A stretch of DNA of 32,000 nt from Nitrosococcus oceani ATCC 19707 (GTDB taxonomy: Bacteria > Pseudomonadota > Gammaproteobacteria > Nitrosococcales > Nitrosococcaceae), in contig NC_007484.1 in the NCBI RefSeq assembly GCF_000012805.1, forward strand, positions 1,950,001 to 1,982,000, in the 5' to 3' direction. A program made the position numbers and the translations under genes. Of the stretch, positions 25,322-32,000 are shown one piece after another. The notes under the pieces were generated by a model. The model was not told where the DNA came from. It worked only from the letters and a program-made list of their open reading frames with translations, and did no database searches. The first letter of the stretch is position 1; each line of letters begins with the position of its first letter.

Positions 25322-27478
25322 ATGAGTACCCACACCCTATGGAAACGGTTTGCCCTCGTTTTCTTCCCACTTGCGGGGCTGACCACCTTGTCGTTCATCT
25401 CCCTTTATCAAGCGGAATTCAAAACCCTACGGGCCTTGACCGAGCTTAGCGAGAAAGATTCTCTGCAATTACTCAGGGAGGAAATCCGTGATGAATTTGA
25501 CGCCATTCAGGCCACCCTCCTATTTTTGTCGCGGCACCAAGCCCTCAAGGATCTTTTGGCAGGGAGTGAATCGGAGCAACGACTGGCCCAAGATTACGTG
25601 GTCTTATTGGGAAGCAGAGAGCGCTATGACCAGATCCGTCTGCTTGATTTACAGGGCAAGGAATGGGTTCGGGTAAACTTTAATGGAGGCCAGCCAAGCA
25701 TCGTTCCCCCAGAGGGATTACAGAACAAGAAAGCCCGCGGCTACTTCCAAAAAGCCTTGCAGCTTCAACCAGGAGAAATTTACCTTTCTCCGCTTAACCT
25801 TAATACCGAGAGGGGCATCATCGAGCAGCCCCTAAAGCCAACCATTCAGGCTATCACGCCGATCTTCGATGAGCAACGACGTAAGCAGGGAATACTGGTG
25901 CTGAATTACCGAGGCATCCACCTTTTGGATAAACTTCACGCAGCCGCACAAAATACTAAAAAAGCACTTTGGTTAGTCAGGGGAAGTGGCCTTTGGCTTT
26001 GGGAGTCCGGCGCCGGGCAGAAGCAAGGAGTGATCTATCTCGAAAAAGGCAAGCAAGCATTCGCGGTTGCTTATCCTGATCTCTGGGCGCTAATCCAGAA
26101 CAATGACGAAGGTCAATTCTATGCCCATAAGGATCTCTTTACTTATACCACCATCACCCCCACGGCAAAAACTTTCCCCCCCATAGCAAAACTTCATTCC
26201 TCTATCCACTGGAAGCTGATCTCCCAGCAGTCCTTTCCTGTCCTATCTACGATGATATCAACGAGCCGCATTCAGCGACTGATACTTCTCTATGGTATCT
26301 TTCTTACTGTCTTTATAATCGTAGCCTGGCGGCTGGCCTACGTACATCAACGCCGCGAAAGAGATACCCAGGCGGTGCGTCTCAGCGAGCTTCGCTTCCG
26401 GGGTCTTTTTGAGGCGGTGCCCGATGGTATCGTGATGACTGATTCCAACGGCCAAATTCTCCTCGTGAACAAACAAGCAGAAAAAATATTTGGCTATTCC
26501 CGGGAGGAATTAGCGGGGCAAAAAATAGAAATCCTACTGCCAGAGCAACATCGCAAAGCTCACGTTATCTATCGCCAAGGTTATACTCGGGATGCCATTA
26601 CGCGGCCAATGGGAGTTGGATTGGATCTTTACGGACGGCGCAAGGACGGTACCGAATTTCCAGCGGAAATTAGTTTAAGCCCCCTTAATAAAAAAGAAGT
26701 GGATTTCTCTATTATCAGCACCATACGCGATATCAGTGAGCGAAGAAAAACTGAAAAAAAAGTTAAAGAATTGAACCGGAAACTGCAACAAAATGTGACC
26801 GAGCTGAGCACGTTAAACGGAGAATTGGAAGCCTTCAGCTATTCAGTTTCCCATGATCTACGGGCGCCCTTGCGCAGTATCGATGGTTTCAGCCAAGCCC
26901 TGCTAGAGGATTATGAAGATAAACTTGATAGCGAAGGGCAAGACTATTTACAGCGGGTACGCGCAGCAACTCAGCGAATGGGAAAGCTTATCGATGATTT
27001 ACTGCAACTCTCCCGTATTAGCCGGGTGGAGATGATACCCCAGAAGGTAGACCTTAGCTGCTTGGCGCAAGCAATTGTCACGACTCTACGGGCCGAGGAA
27101 CCTCAACGGCAGGTTGAGTTTTGTATCGAGCAGGGTCTTACCGCCTCAGGCGATTCGCACTTGCTTCAAATTCTGCTTGACAACTTGCTCGGCAATGCCT
27201 GGAAATTCACTGCTCATCAGCCCCAGGCCCAGATCACGCTGGGAATGCTAGCGAAAGAAGGCAAGCCTGTTTTCTTTGTCCAGGACAATGGCGCTGGCTT
27301 TGATATGCGTTATATTGACAAACTATTCGATCCCTTCCAACGACTACACGGCGCCAGCGAATATCCTGGAACCGGGATAGGACTGGCTACCGCGCGGCGC
27401 ATTGTCCACCGCCATGGAGGGCGAATTTGGGCGGAAGGACAAATTAACCAAGGGGCCACTTTTTATTTTACGCTTTAA
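25322..27478 (+). CDS. Membrane sensor histidine kinase (periplasmic sensor domain, PAS, HisKA, HATPase_c)
   Basis: ATG 25322 has AAAGGAG 5 nt upstream, so the ORF-track GTG at 25280 is less likely. Two TM segments flank a ~290-aa extracytoplasmic domain. A PAS domain follows (FRGLFEAVPDGIVMTD...), then the H-box FSYSVSHDLRAPLRSI, the N-box LLGNAWKF, G1 DNGAGF and G2 GTGIGL. Confidence 0.9.
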   Translation: MSTHTLWKRFALVFFPLAGLTTLSFISLYQAEFKTLRALTELSEKDSLQLLREEIRDEFDAIQATLLFLSRHQALKDLLAGSESEQRLAQDYVVLLGSRERYDQIRLLDLQGKEWVRVNFNGGQPSIVPPEGLQNKKARGYFQKALQLQPGEIYLSPLNLNTERGIIEQPLKPTIQAITPIFDEQRRKQGILVLNYRGIHLLDKLHAAAQNTKKALWLVRGSGLWLWESGAGQKQGVIYLEKGKQAFAVAYPDLWALIQNNDEGQFYAHKDLFTYTTITPTAKTFPPIAKLHSSIHWKLISQQSFPVLSTMISTSRIQRLILLYGIFLTVFIIVAWRLAYVHQRRERDTQAVRLSELRFRGLFEAVPDGIVMTDSNGQILLVNKQAEKIFGYSREELAGQKIEILLPEQHRKAHVIYRQGYTRDAITRPMGVGLDLYGRRKDGTEFPAEISLSPLNKKEVDFSIISTIRDISERRKTEKKVKELNRKLQQNVTELSTLNGELEAFSYSVSHDLRAPLRSIDGFSQALLEDYEDKLDSEGQDYLQRVRAATQRMGKLIDDLLQLSRISRVEMIPQKVDLSCLAQAIVTTLRAEEPQRQVEFCIEQGLTASGDSHLLQILLDNLLGNAWKFTAHQPQAQITLGMLAKEGKPVFFVQDNGAGFDMRYIDKLFDPFQRLHGASEYPGTGIGLATARRIVHRHGGRIWAEGQINQGATFYFTL

Positions 27479-27487
27479 TTAGGATAA

Positions 27488-27940
27488 ATGATGGGGAACG
27501 ATAAAGATATTCTGCTAGTAGAGGACAACCCGGACGATGAGACGCTCACCCTGCGCGCCTTGAAAAAAAACAACGTTACTAATCGAATTGTCGTCGCCCG
27601 AGATGGAGTCGAAGCCCTAGATTGGCTCTTTGGCACGGGGCAGCACGCAGGCCGGAACTCCAGCCTACTGCCCCAAGCTATCCTATTGGATTTGAAATTA
27701 CCCAAGATCGACGGCTTACAAGTATTGCAGCAGATCCGGGCCAATTCCCTCACCCGGCTGCTACCAGTCATTATCCTCACCGCCTCTGATGAGGAGACAG
27801 ATATTGTCAACTCCTACAGCCAAGGGGCTAACAGTTATATCCGCAAACCAGTAGCGTTTGATAAATTCGTGCAAGCCGTCCAGCAACTGGGTTTGTACTG
27901 GTTAGTTTTGAATGAAGCGCCACCAGCACCGCGGAATTAA
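27488..27940 (+). CDS. Stand-alone response regulator receiver protein (CheY-like)
   Basis: The protein shows ILLVEDNPDDE, the phospho-acceptor context AILLDLKLPKIDG, and the conserved SYIRKP. No output domain is present. The start is ATG 27488 or ATG 27491. Confidence 0.9.
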   Translation: MMGNDKDILLVEDNPDDETLTLRALKKNNVTNRIVVARDGVEALDWLFGTGQHAGRNSSLLPQAILLDLKLPKIDGLQVLQQIRANSLTRLLPVIILTASDEETDIVNSYSQGANSYIRKPVAFDKFVQAVQQLGLYWLVLNEAPPAPRN

Positions 27941-27944
27941 CAAA

Positions 27945-30014
27945 ATGCGGGGGCTGCGAGTATTAATCGTGGAAGATTCTGAAGATGACGCTCTCCTCCT
28001 GGAGCGCCACCTTCGGCGCGGTGACTACCAGCCTTTCGTTAAACGGGTCGAAACCCGGGAAACTATGCTCGCAGCACTCCAAACCCAGCCCTGGGACATT
28101 ATACTCTCAGATCACAGCCTACCTCATTTTGGCTCCATGGACGCCTTGACTTTGCTGCAAAAAGAAAGCATTGATATACCTTTTATCATGGTCTCTGGCA
28201 CAGTAGGGGAGGATCGCGCCGTTGAAATCATGAAGGCTGGCGCCCACGACTATATCATGAAGGATAATTTGCGCCGCCTGGTTCCCGCAGTAGAGCGGGA
28301 ATTACGCGAGGCCAACATCCGGCGGCAGCGCCAAGCCGTGGAAAACGAGCGCGCCCGTCTAAGCTCCATCCTGGAAGCTACCCCCGATCTGGTGGCCATC
28401 ATGGACCTTGAAGGCCGTATTCACTATATGAACCAGGCGGGCCGCCAGTGGCTCGGCTTTATTAAAAAAAACCATTATGCCGGAGCGTCACTGCTCGCGC
28501 ATTATCCCTTATGGACAGCCTCCCTGATACGGGACACGGCAATCCCCGCCGCTTTACGGGAAGGAGTCTGGGAAGGAGAAGCTGTTATTTTGAATCCCAG
28601 TGGCGGAGAAATTCCGGTCTCCCAAGTGATCCTTTCCCATCGAAATGCCCTTAACCAAGTTGAGTTCCTCTCCACCATTGCCCGGGATATCAGCGAACGT
28701 AAGCACTATGAGCAAGAATTACAATACCGGGTTACCCACGATACCCTCACCCACCTCCCCAACCGGATTTTGCTCCGGGACCGGCTGATTCAAGTCCTAG
28801 CCCACGCTAAACGCAATCAGCGCCTGACCGCGGTCCTGTTTCTGGATGTGGACAATTTTAAACAAATCAACGACGGTTTGGGGCACTTAACCGGAGATAA
28901 GTGCCTACGTACCCTTGCGCACCATCTGGCAGGCTGTATTCGTGAGAGTGACACCCTCGGGCGCTATGGAGGCGATGAGTTTCTAATTATTCTCAGTGAC
29001 TTACGTAGTTACTCTGATGTAGAAACCCTTATAAAAAAAATTCGCGCCACCGTGAGCCAGCCCCTCAAGCTTAATAATAATGATGTCTTTATCACCTTGA
29101 GCATCGGCGTTTCCCTTTATCCCCAGGATGGTGATGATGAGGAAGCACTATTAAAAACTGCCGATGCCGCTATGCACACCGCTAAGCATAGTAGTCCGGG
29201 GCAATGCCGATACTATCGCCCTGAGATGAATGTTCGAGGAAGTGAATTACTCGCCCTGGAGACGGATCTCCACCGTGCCTTGGAACGAGAAGAATTTGTC
29301 CTTTATTATCAACCGCAATTAGACGTTACGACTGGCCAGATCACCGCAGTAGAAGCATTGATACGTTGGCAGCATCCTAACCGCGGATTGGTTTCTCCTA
29401 GAGACTTCATTCCGCTGCTGGAACAAACCGGCCTTATCGAAGAGGTGGGTAAGTGGGGGCTAAACACGGCTTGTAGACAAGCTAAAGCCTGGCATTCACA
29501 AGGCTATCCCATCCGCATGGCGGTTAATTGTTCTGCCCGCCAGTTTCAACAGCATTTTCTGGATATCGTACATCAAATTCTCCAGAAACAGTCATTAGAC
29601 CCCGCCTACCTTGAACTTGAAGTCACAGAAAGCGTCGTGATGCAAGATACGCAATCGGCAACCTATATTTTACAACGCCTCAAGGAAATGGGCGTCACCT
29701 TAGCCATTGACGATTTTGGTACCGGTTATTCATCGCTTGCTTATCTTAAACGTTTCCCTATCCATAGCCTGAAAATTGACTGCTCATTCGTCCGCGACGT
29801 CACTAAAAATGAAGAAGATGCGGCCATTGCCGAAACGATTTTGCTGCTCGGAAACAGTTTGGGACTCGAAGTGGTGGCCGAAGGCGTAGAAACAGAAGCC
29901 CAAATGCGGTTCTTTCAAGACCGCCACTGCCATCGCATCCAAGGCTATTGGATCGGGCGGCCCATGCCTGCTAAAGATCTTTTCCCGTTAATTACTGGCA
30001 GAAATAACCCCTAG
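27945..30014 (+). CDS. Response regulator with REC-PAS-GGDEF-EAL architecture (c-di-GMP synthase/phosphodiesterase)
   Basis: The REC domain reads RVLIVEDSEDD...DIILSDHSLP, followed by a PAS region. The GGDEF domain has an intact RYGGDEFLIIL and an RESD (RxxD) I-site 5 residues upstream. The EAL domain has EALIRW, ELEVTES, DDFGTGYSSL, KIDCSFV and EGVET. ATG 27945 avoids overlap with the preceding gene. The ORF-track start is 27912. Confidence 0.9.
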   Translation: MRGLRVLIVEDSEDDALLLERHLRRGDYQPFVKRVETRETMLAALQTQPWDIILSDHSLPHFGSMDALTLLQKESIDIPFIMVSGTVGEDRAVEIMKAGAHDYIMKDNLRRLVPAVERELREANIRRQRQAVENERARLSSILEATPDLVAIMDLEGRIHYMNQAGRQWLGFIKKNHYAGASLLAHYPLWTASLIRDTAIPAALREGVWEGEAVILNPSGGEIPVSQVILSHRNALNQVEFLSTIARDISERKHYEQELQYRVTHDTLTHLPNRILLRDRLIQVLAHAKRNQRLTAVLFLDVDNFKQINDGLGHLTGDKCLRTLAHHLAGCIRESDTLGRYGGDEFLIILSDLRSYSDVETLIKKIRATVSQPLKLNNNDVFITLSIGVSLYPQDGDDEEALLKTADAAMHTAKHSSPGQCRYYRPEMNVRGSELLALETDLHRALEREEFVLYYQPQLDVTTGQITAVEALIRWQHPNRGLVSPRDFIPLLEQTGLIEEVGKWGLNTACRQAKAWHSQGYPIRMAVNCSARQFQQHFLDIVHQILQKQSLDPAYLELEVTESVVMQDTQSATYILQRLKEMGVTLAIDDFGTGYSSLAYLKRFPIHSLKIDCSFVRDVTKNEEDAAIAETILLLGNSLGLEVVAEGVETEAQMRFFQDRHCHRIQGYWIGRPMPAKDLFPLITGRNNP

Positions 30015-30036
30015 ACAAGATAGAGTCGGTAGATAC

Positions 30037-30834
30037 TCAATCTAAAAGGTTCGATGAAGAAGAGGAAGCGCTTCTTCCTCCAAGAAATTCTAAAACCACA
30101 TTGATAAATACTTCCGGTGCATCGGCCTGCACCCAGTGCCCCGTATCGGGAATAGAAATAACTTCCGCGGCGGGAAACAGCGTTTTAAGCTCTTGTTCAT
30201 CGCTTTTTTGCAGGTAATCAGAGCATTCTCCTTTTACAAATAAGGTAGGCTGAGAATATGATTCCGTCCCATGCACAGCAGCACAGATGGCATGATAATT
30301 CTGGCGTAAGCCCTCTAAATTAATACGCCAACGGTACCCCTTTTTCGCTTTATCCAAATTCATCAGCAGAAACTGCCGCAAAGCGGCATTAGGGAGCGAC
30401 CTTGCCAAGGCCCTATCGACCTCCCGGCGGCTCCCATAAACAGAAAGATTTAATTCCCCGAGGGCTTCAAAAATAAAGAGATGCTCTGGAGGATAGAACC
30501 GCGGCGCAATATCTACTACCACAAGCCGAGTGATCCGCTCCGGAAAATCCAAAGCACACTGCATCGCCACCTTGCCGCCTAGAGAATGACCCAGCAGAGC
30601 AGCCGCGCCGACTCCTTGCTGATCCATAAAATGAGCTAGATCTCTTGCCAAAGCAGGATAACTAAACATTTTTTTATGGGGCGAACGACCATGGTTAGGA
30701 AGATCCACAGTAGTCACTTGAAATTGGCGGGCGAACTTAGGAACTAAGCTCCGCCAATTATCCATAGAACCGAATAAACCATGCAAGATGATAAGAGAGG
30801 GGCCTTTACCCTGAGTCCGGGAATAAAGCTGCAT
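30037..30834 (-). CDS. ybfF: Alpha/beta-fold hydrolase, YbfF-type (acyl-CoA) esterase
   Basis: SLIILHGLFGSMDNW...VDLPNHGRSPH resembles the E. coli YbfF N-terminal region. The nucleophile elbow GHSLGG and the C-terminal catalytic His context DTGHWV are present. Confidence 0.75.
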   Translation of the reverse strand: MQLYSRTQGKGPSLIILHGLFGSMDNWRSLVPKFARQFQVTTVDLPNHGRSPHKKMFSYPALARDLAHFMDQQGVGAAALLGHSLGGKVAMQCALDFPERITRLVVVDIAPRFYPPEHLFIFEALGELNLSVYGSRREVDRALARSLPNAALRQFLLMNLDKAKKGYRWRINLEGLRQNYHAICAAVHGTESYSQPTLFVKGECSDYLQKSDEQELKTLFPAAEVISIPDTGHWVQADAPEVFINVVLEFLGGRSASSSSSNLLD

Positions 30835-31111
30835 AAGAATTGCTGTTACATAGGAATAGAATATTATATGCTTTCTTAATAAGAGAACGCTAGCGTTTCT
30901 CCTATTAAAAGGCGCGGTTTACCGTTTTTCTTCTCATTTTTAGCGGACCTTTGTATATTAAAGAGCAAAGATACCGCTACGGAGGCCATCTGCTATGGCA
31001 TGACTTCAAATTATGCATGATTTAAATCCCACAAATCTTACCCCTTCTCCGGTGAATGGCTTAATTCAGAGGTTCCCTCGATTTAACATGAATATTAAAT
31101 AATAAACTCAA

Positions 31112-31399
31112 ATGCTAAATTCACTCCCTTCCGACATCCTCTTCTATGTCTTGATTGTTTTTGTTCTTGGTACGGTCATTGGAATTTTCTCGGGCCGTTT
31201 TTTATGGAGCTTTGTGATACCGCCGCTTATTGCCGCTTTTTTATTTGGCTTGGAAGCGGGCAGCCTGGTGGCGCTTGCCTACGCCCTATTTATGATTATG
31301 ACTCCGCCCATAGTCATAGCTTCAGGGGTAGGCGCTTTGCTGGGTATTACTCTGTTTAAAAAGTTTCGGCGCCAGCGAGGAAATAAAGATGACCTTTAA
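31112..31399 (+). CDS. Small (95 aa) 3-TM membrane protein of unknown function, paralogue A
   Basis: The hydrophobic profile fits a membrane protein. It shares GRFLW-F-IPPL and ASGVGxLLG motifs and a basic C-tail with the next ORF. There is no clear SD sequence before ATG 31112, which lowers confidence. Confidence 0.5.
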   Translation: MLNSLPSDILFYVLIVFVLGTVIGIFSGRFLWSFVIPPLIAAFLFGLEAGSLVALAYALFMIMTPPIVIASGVGALLGITLFKKFRRQRGNKDDL

Positions 31400-31652
31400 T
31401 ATACTCATGATGGTAAGTTTCGTGATCAGCCTCATGATCACCTATATTTTTGGCCGTTTTTTATGGGGTTTTTTCATACCACCTCTGGCTATTATTCTCT
31501 TTTTTCTGGGCCTAGGAATTTACCATGAAGCGCCCGGCGCTGGGCTAGGTATGGGAATCGGTATGGCTTACTACATCGGATTAGCTTCAGGAGTGGGCAC
31601 ACTGCTGGGTGTTGCGATTAAAAAGTGGTTTTGGACCAGGCGGAAAAACTAA
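31389..31652 (+). CDS. Small (87 aa) 3-TM membrane protein of unknown function, paralogue B
   Basis: GAGGAA lies 7 nt upstream of ATG 31389, and the gene overlaps paralogue A by 11 nt. It shares protein motifs with paralogue A and an identical 15-nt DNA stretch, GGCCGTTTTTTATGG (31193-31207 and 31452-31466). Confidence 0.6.
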   Translation: MTFNILMMVSFVISLMITYIFGRFLWGFFIPPLAIILFFLGLGIYHEAPGAGLGMGIGMAYYIGLASGVGTLLGVAIKKWFWTRRKN

Positions 31653-31732
31653 GGATAAAGATAAACCCTAGCAGGATTATCCCCTAGCCGGGAATTAGAA
31701 AAACTATCGTTTCACCCAACCCTTTCGTTTTT

Positions 31733-31780
31733 GAACCCGCATCCATACCGTTGGTATGGATGCGGGTTCATCAATTTTAC
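31733..31780 (+). terminator. Strong stem-loop between convergent genes; probable terminator of the small membrane protein pair
   Basis: GAACCCGCATCCATACC-GTT-GGTATGGATGCGGGTTC forms a 17-bp perfect inverted repeat at 31733-31769, followed by ATCAATTTTAC. On the minus strand the hairpin is followed by AAAAAC, so it is a poorer terminator for the convergent ORF. Confidence 0.7.
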
Positions 31781-31785
31781 TCTCC

Positions 31786-31995
31786 CTAGAACAAAGGTGT
31801 GAGAATATCCCGGGCCTCGATCAGCTTGTCATAGACCCGAGTCTGGTCATCGCAGTTCATAATCCAATCTTCCTTCTCAAGATCGCCCAAAGGATCAGGC
31901 GCTCCACGCAGCGCACAACCGTCGTTCCCTCTAATGAGTTTCTCCACGAAAAACAGGACCCCCTCGCGCTGGCTCTCATCGGCAGCCTTGGACAT
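31786..31995 (-). CDS. Hypothetical protein, either a 69-aa ORF or the C-terminal part of a longer gene running off the right edge
   Basis: The frame is open from the window edge (codon 31998-31996 is AAG, with no stop) and contains an ATG at 31995. The translation MSKAADESQREGVLFFVEKLIRGNDGCALRGAPDPLGDLEKEDWIMNCDDQTRVYDKLIEARDILTPLF is acidic and soluble-looking. I do not recognise the family. Confidence 0.4.
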   Translation of the reverse strand: MSKAADESQREGVLFFVEKLIRGNDGCALRGAPDPLGDLEKEDWIMNCDDQTRVYDKLIEARDILTPLF

Positions 31996-32000
31996 CTTAT

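Noticed and set aside
1-32000. Window-wide scan for a defence island, toxin-antitoxin pair, prophage, integrase or transposase, CRISPR repeats, tRNA/tmRNA or rRNA
   Set aside because: None found. Every long ORF has a metabolic, envelope or signalling assignment. The intergenic regions contain no periodic direct repeats longer than 15 nt, no tRNA-like T-arm (GGTTCGAATCC type) and no terminal inverted repeats.

Overview
About 50% GC chromosomal DNA that looks gammaproteobacterial. The gene content would suit a hopanoid-producing ammonia or methane oxidiser, but that is a guess and cannot be tested here. I support 26 protein genes, 1 decayed gene fragment and a few RNA or regulatory signals. I found no rRNA, tRNA, CRISPR array, IS element or integrase. 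Left two thirds (1-19676): a hopanoid lipid island interleaved with MEP isoprenoid-precursor genes. It holds a cobalamin-type radical SAM methylase (HpnR/HpnP-like, cut by the window edge), metE, glgX, copD-copC, dxs, ispH-hpnH, a degraded family-2 glycosyltransferase remnant, and hpnM-hpnN-hpnL-ispG-gloB. Then comes a periplasmic His-rich SmbP-like metal-binding protein with its own promoter and terminator. Next is a lipid A block: an orphan lpxA convergent on an oxidoreductase-aminotransferase-lpxB operon. That operon has the GnnA/GnnB architecture, which predicts a 2,3-diamino-glucose lipid A. A 778-bp AT-rich non-coding gap follows, then a sensor kinase, a stand-alone receiver and a REC-PAS-GGDEF-EAL protein. 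The window ends with a YbfF-type esterase, two overlapping paralogous small membrane protein genes and a small edge ORF. I found no convincing defence, toxin-antitoxin or mobile system. The least-explained items are a GCTAAGA-based motif shared by the ispH and ispG upstream regions, the glycosyltransferase remnant, the tandem small membrane proteins, and the repeat-bearing 778-bp gap. All product calls come from motif and family recognition by eye. No database search was possible.
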